64,000 nt of DNA from Anaerolineales bacterium (GCA_034432975.1 DAOUAZ010000190.1:17955-81954), one strand, 5' to 3'; counted from the first letter of the stretch, positions 1 through 9,765 are shown. Translations and numbers: made by a program. Notes: generated by a model from the sequence alone, not told the origin.

Positions 1-192
1 CTGTCCCCCGCGCTGTGGGGCGAGACCCTGACCATCTCCACCCACCCGCACAGCCTCCACGAAACCGGCGGGATGCGCTACGTCAGGTTCGCCCGCCCCG
101 ACGACTCTCCCGTTTGTGAGTGCCTGCTCGGCTGGCAACTGCTCGACCGCGCCACCGAACAGCCGCGCCCGCTTCCAGACGGGTTTTGCTAA
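1..192 (+). CDS. 3' end of an unidentified CDS (partial, runs off the left edge)
   Basis: Frame +1 is open from base 1 to TAA at 190-192 (...GMRYVRFARPDDSPVCECLLGWQLLDRATEQPRPLPDGFC*). It is GC3-rich like its neighbours. No recognisable motif. Confidence 0.4.
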   Translation: MSPALWGETLTISTHPHSLHETGGMRYVRFARPDDSPVCECLLGWQLLDRATEQPRPLPDGFC

Positions 193-201
193 AGAAAACC
201 C

Positions 202-1509
202 ATGTCCCCCATTCCCCAGATTGCGATTATTGGCGGAGGCCCGGCAGGGCTGATGGCCGCAGAAACCCTGGCCGGGGCCGGGCTGCGAGTCCATCTCTAC
301 GAAGCCCTGCCCTCGGTCGGGCGCAAATTCCTGCGGGCCGGGGTTGGCGGGTTGAACCTGACTCACTCCGAGCCGCTGGAGCAATTCATCTCCCGTTACA
401 GCCAGCCCGAACGCCTGGGACCCATGCTCCATGCCTTTGGCCCGCGCGAGGTGATTCAGTGGGCCAATGGCCTGGGCTTCGAGACCTTCACCGGCACATC
501 CGGGCGCGTCTTCCCCGCCGGCATGAAAGCCTCGCCGATTTTACGCGCCTGGCTGGGACGCCTGACCGATTCAGGGGTCGTCTTCCACACCAATCATCGA
601 TGGATTGGTGTCGCTCCGGGCAATCGCCGGTCGAGTAGCGAAGCGTATCGAGACCAGGCGAACACAGGAGCAACGCTCACCTTTCAAACCCCCACAGGCG
701 AAAAAACCATCCATCCCGAGGCCGTGCTGCTGGCCCTGGGCGGCGGCAGTTGGCCCAAACTCGGCGCTACCGGCGGCTGGATTCCAATACTCGAATCGCT
801 CGGCGTCCCGGTCGCCCCGCTCCAGCCCGCCAACTGCGGTTTCGACGCAGCCTGGAGTCCGTTTTTCCGCGAGAAATTCGACGGCGCGCCGCTCAAAGCA
901 GTGACAATCACATTTGACGGAACCACGAAACGGGGTGAGTTCATCGTTACCAGGGACGGCGTCGAAGGCAGTCTCATCTATTCTTTTTCCGCCCCCCTCC
1001 GCGACGAAATCGAAAAAAGCGGCAAAGCGGTAATTTCCCTCGACCTGGCCCCCGACTGGAGCATCGACAAACTGATGAACCGGCTCGCGCTGCCGCGCGG
1101 CTCACGCTCGATGGGCAGTCACCTCGAAAAAACGGTCGGGCTCAAAGGCGTGAAGTCGGCCCTGTTGTGGGAATTCCTGCCGCGCGAAACCTTCAACAAC
1201 CCCGAAGCGCTGGCGGCGGCTATCAAAGCCTTGCCAGTTCCCCTCCTGCGCCCGCGCCCGCTGGCCGAAGCCATCAGCAGCGCGGGCGGAATCCGTTTCG
1301 AGGCGCTCGATGAGCGGCTGATGCTCAAAGCCCTGCCGGGCGTCTTTTGCGCCGGGGAGATGCTCGACTGGGAGGCCCCCACCGGCGGCTACCTGTTGAC
1401 CGGCTGCCTGTCCACCGGCAGATGGGCAGCGCGGGGGATACTGGAACTGCTCAAATACCAGCAGACAGCGCAATCAACAACTGCCCGGAATAGTAAAACG
1501 CCAGGCTGA
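202..1509 (+). CDS. NAD(P)/FAD-dependent oxidoreductase, HI0933/BaiN-like flavoprotein
   Basis: 435-aa ORF with an N-terminal dinucleotide-binding motif (IAIIGGGPAGLMAAE). The C-terminal FCAGEMLDWEAPTGGYLL is typical of the HI0933-like family. Confidence 0.85.
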   Translation: MSPIPQIAIIGGGPAGLMAAETLAGAGLRVHLYEALPSVGRKFLRAGVGGLNLTHSEPLEQFISRYSQPERLGPMLHAFGPREVIQWANGLGFETFTGTSGRVFPAGMKASPILRAWLGRLTDSGVVFHTNHRWIGVAPGNRRSSSEAYRDQANTGATLTFQTPTGEKTIHPEAVLLALGGGSWPKLGATGGWIPILESLGVPVAPLQPANCGFDAAWSPFFREKFDGAPLKAVTITFDGTTKRGEFIVTRDGVEGSLIYSFSAPLRDEIEKSGKAVISLDLAPDWSIDKLMNRLALPRGSRSMGSHLEKTVGLKGVKSALLWEFLPRETFNNPEALAAAIKALPVPLLRPRPLAEAISSAGGIRFEALDERLMLKALPGVFCAGEMLDWEAPTGGYLLTGCLSTGRWAARGILELLKYQQTAQSTTARNSKTPG

Positions 1510-1532
1510 TGCGGCAGGAACGTTAACACAAA

Positions 1533-1565
1533 CAGCGGAGCAATGGCTGACGCATTGCTCCGCTG
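1533..1565. terminator. Bidirectional hairpin between convergent genes
   Basis: cagcggagcaatg-N7-cattgctccgctg, a perfect 13-bp stem between the stop codons at 1509 (+) and 1586 (-). Confidence 0.6.
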
Positions 1566-1585
1566 TATCGTTGCCTGGTAAAAAC

Positions 1586-2905
1586 TTACTTCCCTGCTGC
1601 CTTTGCCGCTGCTTCCACCATCGCGGTCGTCAGGCTCTTGGGGCGTTCGAGCGGTTGGCCGAGCGCGCGCGCCCACACATAGTTGGCGGTCACGCCCAGG
1701 GCGCGGCCCACGCCGAACAGGACGGTGTAAAAGTCGAATTCGCGCACCCCGTAGTAGTACTGGAGCGTGCCGGAGATGGCGTCCACGTTCGGGGCCGGGT
1801 TCTTGGCCTTACCCTGCTCCTTCAACACCGCCGGGACGACATCGAAGACCAGGTCGGCCAGCCGCACCAGGTCATCCTGGGGGAAGCGGGCTTTGGCAAA
1901 CTCCAACTGCGCCATGAAGCGCGGGTCCGGCACGCGCAAGACAGCATGACCATAACCGGGGATGACCTTGCCGCCGTTGAGTGTATCCCAGGCAAACTGA
2001 TACAGTTCCTCGCGCGAAGGAACTTTCTGGTCGAATTTAGTGTACACATCCAGCAGCCAGCCCAGGCACTCCTGGTTGGCCAGGCCGTGCAGGGGTCCGG
2101 CCAGCCCGTTCAGGGCCGCGGAAAAAGCCAGGATGGGGCTGGAAAGCGCAGAACCGACCAGATGCATGGCGTGCGCCGACACATTGCCCGATTCGTGGTC
2201 GGAATGCAGCAGGAAGTACAGGCGCGCCAGGTCGGCGTAATCTTTCTGGTTTTCGACGCCCAGCATCCTGGCGAAATTCGCGCCGTAATCGAGGCGGGCG
2301 CTGTATTTGGGCTTGCGCGTATCGTTGAAATACTTCATCCGGTAGATGAAAGCCGCGATGACGGGCAACCTGGCAGTCAGGCTCAGGCTGTCTTCCAGCG
2401 CCGGTTCCCAATAGGCGTCTTTCTTCATGCCCTCGGCATATTTCTTCGCAAAGACCGACTCGTTTTGCAGCGCCAGCACCGCCTGCGAAAGCAGCGTCAT
2501 CGGATGCGTCTCTTTTGGCATGGCCTTCAGCATTTTGAAAACATAGTCCGGCAGTTGGGCGCGTTTGACCCATTCGGCTTCCACTTCCAGCGCCTGGGCG
2601 CGGGTTGGGATTTCACCCAGCAGCAGCAGGTAATACAACCCGCCAACATAAGGCATCTTCGCGCCGCGCGGCTTGGGCAGGGCCTTCAACACTTCGGGGA
2701 TGGACAGGCCCCGGAATTTGATGCCGGTCGCCGGGTCGACGAACGAGATGTCGGTCACGAGTGACTTGATGTCGCGCATGCCGCCGATAGCCTGGCCAAC
2801 TGTCACCTGGTCGATGACCACATCCGCATAGTCTTTGGCCAGCGTCTTATAACGCTCGCGCCAGCCGGGGAGTTGGGCAGTAATCTTTTCGTGCAGAATC
2901 ATCAT
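1586..2905 (-). CDS. gltA: Citrate synthase
   Basis: Long ORF with citrate-synthase hallmarks (LLHSDHESGNVSAH, GYGHAVLRVPDPR, NVDAISG). I place the start at MMILHEK (ATG 2905/2902) behind a GAGGAG RBS rather than at the track start 2956. Confidence 0.93.
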   Translation of the reverse strand: MMILHEKITAQLPGWRERYKTLAKDYADVVIDQVTVGQAIGGMRDIKSLVTDISFVDPATGIKFRGLSIPEVLKALPKPRGAKMPYVGGLYYLLLLGEIPTRAQALEVEAEWVKRAQLPDYVFKMLKAMPKETHPMTLLSQAVLALQNESVFAKKYAEGMKKDAYWEPALEDSLSLTARLPVIAAFIYRMKYFNDTRKPKYSARLDYGANFARMLGVENQKDYADLARLYFLLHSDHESGNVSAHAMHLVGSALSSPILAFSAALNGLAGPLHGLANQECLGWLLDVYTKFDQKVPSREELYQFAWDTLNGGKVIPGYGHAVLRVPDPRFMAQLEFAKARFPQDDLVRLADLVFDVVPAVLKEQGKAKNPAPNVDAISGTLQYYYGVREFDFYTVLFGVGRALGVTANYVWARALGQPLERPKSLTTAMVEAAAKAAGK

Positions 2906-2959
2906 GTTCTCCTCATTGTCACTACTCGTCACCCGAACCACAGGGCCGCGAATCACGAG

Positions 2960-3928
<969 letters not shown>

Positions 3929-3990
3929 TTATCCACTGCAAAAGGGAAAATGATATGATTTTTATCACCCTTTCGAGCGAAATACACACA

Positions 3991-4028
3991 AAACGGAGAC
4001 CCTGCGCAAATTGCGCCGGTCTCCGTTT
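3991..4028 (-). terminator. Hairpin downstream of trxB
   Basis: aaacggagacc-N16-ggtctccgttt, an 11-bp stem about 40 nt past the trxB stop. Confidence 0.55.
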
Positions 4029-4069
4029 GGATTCGTTACCTGGGAACTGCCCATCTGCGGCGCATCGGG

Positions 4070-5059
4070 CTAGGCCTTGACCGCTTCTGCCTTCTCCAGG
4101 AAATGGGTGGCCTGGATGGCTGCCGCCGCGCCCATGCCAGCCGAGGTGACAACCTGCCGGAAGTGGTTATCGGCCACTTCACCGGCCACGAACACGCCGG
4201 GGACATTGGTCTCCATGCGCATATTACTGACGATGTACCCGCCATCGCGCATTTCGAGTTGGCCTTCGAACATCTGGGTATTGGGAGTGTGACCGATAAA
4301 AATAAAGACGCCGTCGGTTTCGAGCATGGATGTTGCGCCGGTCTGGACGTTTTTCAAAGCGACGCCAGTCACTTTGCCGGCCCCGCCAGAATCAAGCACC
4401 TCGGTCACGACCGTGTTCCACGCAAAATTGACTTTCGGGTCGTTGAAAGCCCGGTTCTGGAGCACTTTTCCGGCCCGCAGGCTGTCGCGGCGGTGGATGA
4501 TGGTGACAGACGAAGCGAAGCGCGTCAGGAACAGACCCTCTTCCAGCGCCGAATCGCCGCCGCCGACCACGACCACTTTCTTATCCTTGAAGAACCAGCC
4601 GTCGCAGGTGGCGCAGTACGAGACGCCTTTGCCGGTCAGTTCGTACTCGCCGGGAATTTCCAAATGATTGGGGCGCGCCCCGGTGGCGATAATCAACGAA
4701 TCGGCCAGGTAAGCGCCGTTGTCGGTGGTCACTTTGAAGGGCCGCTGGCTCAAATCCACAGCCTGGGCGGTGTCGAATTCAACCACTGCCCCGAAGCGTT
4801 CGGCCTGTTTCTGGAACAATTCACCCAACTGCGGGCCGCCAACGCCATCTGGGAAGCCTGGGTAGTTTTCGATGGTATGGGTCAGCCCGGCCTGGCCGCC
4901 CAGTTCCATGCCGGTCAGCACCACCGGGGCCAGCTCGGCGCGGGCGGCATACAGCGCGGCGGAAAGCCCCGCCGGGCCTGAGCCGAGAATCAACACTTTG
5001 ACGCGTTTGGTTTCAGAAGATGTGGAGTGGGTGGAAAAACCGATCAGGTTGAAAGACAT
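4070..5059 (-). CDS. trxB: Thioredoxin-disulfide reductase
   Basis: GSGPAGLSAALYAARA FAD motif, redox-active CATCDG, and GGGDSALEEG NADPH motif. Confidence 0.95.
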   Translation of the reverse strand: MSFNLIGFSTHSTSSETKRVKVLILGSGPAGLSAALYAARAELAPVVLTGMELGGQAGLTHTIENYPGFPDGVGGPQLGELFQKQAERFGAVVEFDTAQAVDLSQRPFKVTTDNGAYLADSLIIATGARPNHLEIPGEYELTGKGVSYCATCDGWFFKDKKVVVVGGGDSALEEGLFLTRFASSVTIIHRRDSLRAGKVLQNRAFNDPKVNFAWNTVVTEVLDSGGAGKVTGVALKNVQTGATSMLETDGVFIFIGHTPNTQMFEGQLEMRDGGYIVSNMRMETNVPGVFVAGEVADNHFRQVVTSAGMGAAAAIQATHFLEKAEAVKA

Positions 5060-5139
5060 GGTTGCCTCGTGTTATAAAGTTTTTTTCATTTTATCAGATG
5101 CGGGAAAGGCGGGAAAGTTGCAGGTGGTAGAATTAGCCC

Positions 5140-5403
5140 ATGTCCAAATTCGATTTAATTGCCTTCGATGCCGATGACACGCTCTGGCACAACGAGCGCC
5201 TGTACGTCGATGCCCAATCACGCTTTGTGGAACTGTTGGCGCATTACCACGACCCGGACTGGATACGAGAGCGGCTGAAACCACCTGGCTGCACGAAATG
5301 GCCGAGCCGCCGACCGGCCAACCCGGTTTTTACGCGCTGGAAGACATGGGGCAGTTGCCGGGCTTGCTCGAAAAAACGAGCTGCTGGAATCTGGCGATTT
5401 TGA
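5140..5403 (+). pseudogene. HAD-superfamily hydrolase remnant (internally deleted or frameshifted)
   Basis: The N-terminus FDLIAFDADDTLWHNE is HAD motif I. After about 45 aa the frame degenerates into Arg/Trp/Cys-rich junk. A different frame reads a plausible HAD C-terminus (...FYALEDMGQLPGLLEK). Total length is only about 90 codons. Confidence 0.45.
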
Positions 5404-5451
5404 AATGCTGTACGACAGCGAACAAACTACCGTCTTGAAAAAGAAATAACC

Positions 5452-6819
5452 TTGCCCATCAGCCTCTACCTCCACATCCCCTTCTGCGCCCACCGCTGCG
5501 CCTACTGCGATTTTAACACCTACGCCGGGCAGGAGGGGGCCATCCCAGCCTATGTCCAGGCCCTTTGCAGCGAGATACAGGCTGTCGGGTCAAGCGTTGA
5601 GCGGAGCGCTAGCGCAGCCGAAACCCATCCAGGCGTTGAGCGAAGCGATAGCGCAGCCGAAACGCGCCTCCCAGTCGGAACCATCTTCTTCGGCGGCGGC
5701 ACGCCCTCGCTGCTACCCCCCGCCTACTACCGGGACATCTTCCAGGCCATCCACCGCTATTTCGACGTTCTGCCCGACGCCGAAATCAGCCTGGAGGCCA
5801 ACCCCGGCACGGTTTCCCCGCAATATCTCCACGAACTGCGCGAAATCGGCTTCAACCGCCTCAGTTACGGAGTCCAGAGCGCCAACCCGGCCGAACTCCG
5901 CATGTTGGAACGGATTCACACTTACAGCGATGTGGTGGACGCCGCGCGCTGGTCGCGGAGCGCGGGCTTCGACAATCTCAACCTCGACCTGATTTACGGC
6001 CTGCCCGAACAAAGCCTGGCATCCTGGCAAAACACCGTCGAACTGGTGCTTGGCCTGCGTCCCGAACATCTCTCCGCCTACGCCCTGACCCTCGAACACG
6101 GCACCCCCTTTGGCCGCTGGGCGCGCAAAGGCCTGCTCCCGCTCCCCGACCCCGACCTGGCCGCTGAAATGTACGAATGGCTGGATGAACACCTCTCCTA
6201 TAACGGCTACGCGCAGTACGAGATTTCCAATTGGGCACGCTCCAAAGATGAAAGTGAAAAGATGAAAGATGAAACTGACAGAGAATTTTCATCTCTCATC
6301 TTTCATCCTTCATCCTTCCAATGCCGCCACAACCTGCAATACTGGCGCAACCTGCCCTACCTCGGCCTGGGCGCGGGCGCGCACGGCTACGCCGACGGGG
6401 TGCGCTACTCCAACGTCCTGCGCATCAAAACCTATCTCGAGCGGTTGAAAACTGATAACTATTCACTGAGTACTGATAACTGGCCCCTCTCCCCCGCCGC
6501 CGTCAACCACCACCGCAACTCACCACGCGAAGACATGGACGAAACCATGATGACCGGCCTGCGCCTGACAACCGAAGGCATCTCCGCCCAGGCCTTCCGC
6601 GCGCGCTTCGGCGTCGAATTGACCGACATCTACAGGGAAAAAATCGAGCGGCTGGTCAAACTCAACTTGCTCGAATGGGCCGCCGAGTCCCCCTCGCCCC
6701 GCGGGAGAGGGGATAGGGGCGGTGTCCTGAGCCAGCCGAAGGATGAGGGCCGCCTGCGCCTGACAAAGCGCGGCCGCCTGCTCGGCAACCGGGTTTTCAT
6801 GGAATTCATCGGGGATTAA
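5452..6819 (+). CDS. hemW: Radical SAM family heme chaperone HemW (HemN-like), carrying in-frame repeat insertions
   Basis: LYLHIPFCAHRCAYCDFN radical-SAM CxxxCxxC motif, GGGTPS and HemN_C-like tail. At 455 aa it is longer than I expect for this family because of four repeat/low-complexity inserts. Confidence 0.9.
   Translation: MPISLYLHIPFCAHRCAYCDFNTYAGQEGAIPAYVQALCSEIQAVGSSVERSASAAETHPGVERSDSAAETRLPVGTIFFGGGTPSLLPPAYYRDIFQAIHRYFDVLPDAEISLEANPGTVSPQYLHELREIGFNRLSYGVQSANPAELRMLERIHTYSDVVDAARWSRSAGFDNLNLDLIYGLPEQSLASWQNTVELVLGLRPEHLSAYALTLEHGTPFGRWARKGLLPLPDPDLAAEMYEWLDEHLSYNGYAQYEISNWARSKDESEKMKDETDREFSSLIFHPSSFQCRHNLQYWRNLPYLGLGAGAHGYADGVRYSNVLRIKTYLERLKTDNYSLSTDNWPLSPAAVNHHRNSPREDMDETMMTGLRLTTEGISAQAFRARFGVELTDIYREKIERLVKLNLLEWAAESPSPRGRGDRGGVLSQPKDEGRLRLTKRGRLLGNRVFMEFIGD
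5594..5663 (+). repeat. In-frame 31-nt direct repeat (period 39) inside hemW
   Basis: gcgttgagcggagcgctagcgcagccgaaac at 5594-5624 and gcgttgagcgaagcgatagcgcagccgaaac at 5633-5663. They encode SVERSASAAET / GVERSDSAAET. Confidence 0.85.
6245..6318 (+). repeat. AT-rich imperfect inverted repeat inserted in frame in hemW
   Basis: gatgaaagtgaaaagatgaaagatgaaa ... tttcatctctcatctttcatccttcatc. It encodes KDESEKMKDETDREFSSLIFHPSSF and its composition contrasts with the surrounding gene. Confidence 0.8.
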
Positions 6820-6839
6820 TTGCAATTTCGTGAATCATC

Positions 6840-6867
6840 TTGACATTTAGAACAATTGTTCTATAAT
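6840..6867 (+). promoter_or_regulatory. Sigma-70-type promoter with an embedded GAAC-N4-GTTC (Gram-positive-type LexA/Cheo box) palindrome
   Basis: TTGACA (6840-6845), 16-nt spacer, TATAAT (6862-6867). The perfect 16-bp palindrome TAGAACAATTGTTCTA (6848-6863) spans the spacer and the -10. GGGAGG RBS lies at 6901. Confidence 0.6.
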
Positions 6868-6911
6868 TTGAGCATCCCGTAACCCCTTATCCCATTCAAC
6901 GGGAGGCTCAA

Positions 6912-7613
6912 ATGATGAACCGTAACCCACTCCAACTCTTTCCCGCGCTCAAGCGCGCCAGCAAACAGCGCGGCGCCGCCTTCGCCTTCATCCTGTTCGG
7001 CGCGCTCATCGCCTTCGAGGTTTTCAACTACTCCACCACCGACTATGCCCTGAGCGACCTGCTCGGCAACCTGGAGTTCATGGGCATCCGCTGGGCCACC
7101 CTGCTCTCGCTGGCCTTCTGCGGCATCGACTTCGCCGGCATCGCCCGCCTGTTCACCCCCGAACAGGGCCGCGACGAACCCGCCGAAGTCTGGTACCTGT
7201 TCGGGGCGTGGATTCTGGCCGCCGCCATGAACGCCACCCTCACCTGGTGGGGCATCTCGCTCGCCCTCGCCAACCACACCCCGGCCAGCGCCGCCATCAT
7301 GGAACGCGCCACCCTCACCAACATCGTCCCGGTTTTCGTCGCCGTCATGGTCTGGGTCATCCGCATTCTCATTATCGGCACCTTCTCGCTGGCGGGCGAA
7401 CGGCTCTTCACGCTGGATGAAAATCGAAGCGGCTGCCGGCCCCAGGCCGCATCCAACCGCCCCGGGCAGACTCTCCGCCCGAACACCCTCGCGGCGCGAC
7501 CGGCCCGGCCTCAGCCTTTCTCGCCGTCAAACGGAGTCATCTCCCGCCCCGAACCGACCTACCACCCGGCAGGGATGACCGCCAAATCCAAAGATTCCAC
7601 CCCGCGCTATTAA
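6912..7613 (+). CDS. Hypothetical integral membrane protein (about 4 TM) with a Pro/Arg/Ser-rich tail
   Basis: 233-aa ORF behind a strong promoter and RBS. Four hydrophobic segments (e.g. AAFAFILFGALIAFEVF, IVPVFVAVMVWVIRILIIGTF). No family recognised. Confidence 0.7.
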   Translation: MMNRNPLQLFPALKRASKQRGAAFAFILFGALIAFEVFNYSTTDYALSDLLGNLEFMGIRWATLLSLAFCGIDFAGIARLFTPEQGRDEPAEVWYLFGAWILAAAMNATLTWWGISLALANHTPASAAIMERATLTNIVPVFVAVMVWVIRILIIGTFSLAGERLFTLDENRSGCRPQAASNRPGQTLRPNTLAARPARPQPFSPSNGVISRPEPTYHPAGMTAKSKDSTPRY

Positions 7614-7651
7614 CATGGAGTCGAGCGGCAAGCCGACGGACTCCATAGGAG

Positions 7652-8029
7652 TTGACAATGCCCAAACCCCGCCGCCCCTTCCTGCGCCTCGACACCGTCA
7701 TCCTGCGCGTCAGGGACATCAAAAAAGCCCGCGCCTGGTACCAGCAAAAGCTCGGCTTCCGCCCCACTTACAGCGATGACGACGAAAAACTGGTCGTCCT
7801 CGACCTGCAAGGGACGACCAGCCTGACCCTCTGGCAACTGAAAGAAAAGGAAAAGCTGGCAGCCTCCAGCACCTACCCCATCTTCCTGGCCGAGGACATC
7901 CAGGCCGCCCACGAGAATCTGGCATCGCAGCGAGTCAAAACCGAACCGCTCACAGAAAACAACGGCCTGCGCTGGTTCGGCTTCTACGACCCCGACGGCA
8001 ATCGGATGGAAGTCTGCCAAGTGGCATGA
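7652..8029 (+). CDS. VOC (glyoxalase/bleomycin-resistance) family protein
   Basis: LDTVILRVRDIKKARAWYQQKLGF and a C-terminal FYDPDGNRMEV are typical VOC beta-alpha-beta-beta-beta module motifs. Confidence 0.8.
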   Translation: MTMPKPRRPFLRLDTVILRVRDIKKARAWYQQKLGFRPTYSDDDEKLVVLDLQGTTSLTLWQLKEKEKLAASSTYPIFLAEDIQAAHENLASQRVKTEPLTENNGLRWFGFYDPDGNRMEVCQVA

Positions 8030-8039
8030 AACATCAAAC

Positions 8040-9722
8040 TTATGGCAAATCGCTGTAGATGAGTATCTCATTGGTTTGACCATTGAAATAATGCCTCGCT
8101 GGAACATACCCGCCGCTAGCCGACAAAAGTGACGCATCGTAATCATGCGCCCACAAAGATTGGTCTATTCCCATCATGTCAAGAAAAGTTGGAAAAATGT
8201 TACTATGGCTGGATTGATAGTTTGTATCCACCGGTTTCCCCAAGTTCCCCAAGACAATCAGCGGCACCCGTGCCTCTGGACTTGTTTTACCGCAATGGAG
8301 GGAGAGAGCACCATTTTCATAAAGACTTTGTCCATGGTCTGAAGTATAGATGAAAATGGTGTCACGAGTCAGGCGGCGAAAACTTTCGATATTGGGAAAG
8401 AGCTTCCTGAAAAAGCCATCTACATTAAAGAGTATAGCATTGTCGTATGAGTTCGTCACCATCTCCGGCGCATCACCATAAAAATCCCCCGGGCCGAGAA
8501 CGGGCTGCCACACCTTATGGTCCTGAGGGTAACTGCTTTCGTAACGGAAATGCGCGCCTCTTTTGTTAATAACGATGAACTTCCCAGAGCCAGATATGAC
8601 CATTTCTCGTATCATTTCTGCAGCTACGAAATCGTAAACCATGGGGTTGTCGCCAAACTGATTGGCTCGATATAGGTAATCAATATAAACGATATCCTTC
8701 TCTGAAAGCCCATTCCAAAAAACAGTGGTTTGGGCATCGAGATAGTAGGTTTCATATCCAACTGCCTTAGCGTATTGAAACAATGTTGGGGCTTTCCTAA
8801 TTTTTGAAGGACTATCAGGTTCGATGGGCAGACCGGTTAAAATCAAGCCGTTCGAGAGTTCACTGCAAGTAGCACCAGCCACAGCGATTCCCCAATTGTG
8901 GAATAAGGCCCTTTCCGTAGATAATGATGAGATATAAGGCGTTGTCTGGCGGACATAGCCATTCACTCCAAGATGGTCCGCGCGAACGCTTTCGTCTATG
9001 ATGAGAACTATGTTTTTTTTTGTTGCGGGGGCAAGGGAATAAAGAGAAAGGTCTAATTCCTGGCGTTCAGGTTTTATGACCTTTTGCTTTGCTGCCTGGA
9101 CAACTGTTGCCGTAAACTGCAAAGATGACCATCCATAATTGATTGCCTTATCGGCTTGGGCAGTGGTTATTTTCTCAACAGGAATTGCCCCCATTAGGAC
9201 AAGCGAAACCAAGATGACGGTAAAAATCAACCCGCTCTCTTTAGGCCGCGAAGGTACGCGATTCAACAGCAAAAACAACCCAATAGCGGCCATTGGAATA
9301 AGGGATTTTGGCTGGCAGTAAAGCGTACTGGCATCAAACCAAACATCAAACCCCGAATTCAGCCCCATTATAACGTCGCCAGGAACGATAAACCTGCCCA
9401 GAAGCGTTTGAAAGGAGTATTGGACCGAAATGGCGGCGCCCAAAAAAACAAGAACGATAACCTTACCCCACGCAGCGGCCAAGCGAAGCATACATAAAAA
9501 AGCAACCAAGAGGCCAAAAGAGAGAATGGTTGTCAAATACAAAATGGTCTGTAAACCAGGGTGAAAGAAGCGCGAAAATAAGAGCAAATGAATTTGCGGC
9601 CAGCCCAAAAGATGTTCATCGAGAATCCAAAATAACATAGCCCAAACCAGGATGCGCAAAGCAGGGTTTGAAACCACGCTTTGGATATTTTTCATAGCCT
9701 GAAAAAATTTTCTTTTACTCAC
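8040..9722 (-). CDS. Phosphoethanolamine transferase / sulfatase-family membrane enzyme (EptA-like)
   Basis: N-terminal multi-TM region followed by an alkaline-phosphatase-fold domain (LIIDESVRADHLGVNGYVRQTTPYISSL, YTSDHGQSL). G+C is visibly lower than in the flanks. Confidence 0.85.
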   Translation of the reverse strand: MSKRKFFQAMKNIQSVVSNPALRILVWAMLFWILDEHLLGWPQIHLLLFSRFFHPGLQTILYLTTILSFGLLVAFLCMLRLAAAWGKVIVLVFLGAAISVQYSFQTLLGRFIVPGDVIMGLNSGFDVWFDASTLYCQPKSLIPMAAIGLFLLLNRVPSRPKESGLIFTVILVSLVLMGAIPVEKITTAQADKAINYGWSSLQFTATVVQAAKQKVIKPERQELDLSLYSLAPATKKNIVLIIDESVRADHLGVNGYVRQTTPYISSLSTERALFHNWGIAVAGATCSELSNGLILTGLPIEPDSPSKIRKAPTLFQYAKAVGYETYYLDAQTTVFWNGLSEKDIVYIDYLYRANQFGDNPMVYDFVAAEMIREMVISGSGKFIVINKRGAHFRYESSYPQDHKVWQPVLGPGDFYGDAPEMVTNSYDNAILFNVDGFFRKLFPNIESFRRLTRDTIFIYTSDHGQSLYENGALSLHCGKTSPEARVPLIVLGNLGKPVDTNYQSSHSNIFPTFLDMMGIDQSLWAHDYDASLLSASGGYVPARHYFNGQTNEILIYSDLP

Positions 9723-9765
9723 AGCCCATCCCCAGAAGAATGTCGAGAAGCAAGGCTACGTTTTA

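Noticed and set aside
120-638. 172-aa + strand ORF overlapping the end of the partial CDS and the start of the flavoprotein gene.
   Set aside because: It is out of frame with the well-supported flavoprotein ORF, and its composition is Arg/Pro/Gly-rich and non-protein-like.
1571-2764. 397-aa + strand ORF opposite citrate synthase. Similar long antisense ORFs occur at 15175-16119, 17231-18475, 20591-22156, 22807-23883, 24112-25377, 25495-27255, 39118-40470, 54251-55225, 56542-57804, 58225-59241 and 59603-60586.
   Set aside because: Each lies antisense to, or out of frame with, a gene with strong family motifs. Their translations are Arg/Gly/Ala/His-rich low-complexity strings typical of shadow ORFs in high-G+C DNA, and none has a recognisable motif or RBS.
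3929-3937. TTATCCACT, a one-mismatch DnaA box, between mdh and trxB.
   Set aside because: It is a single isolated near-match far from dnaA, which is most likely chance.
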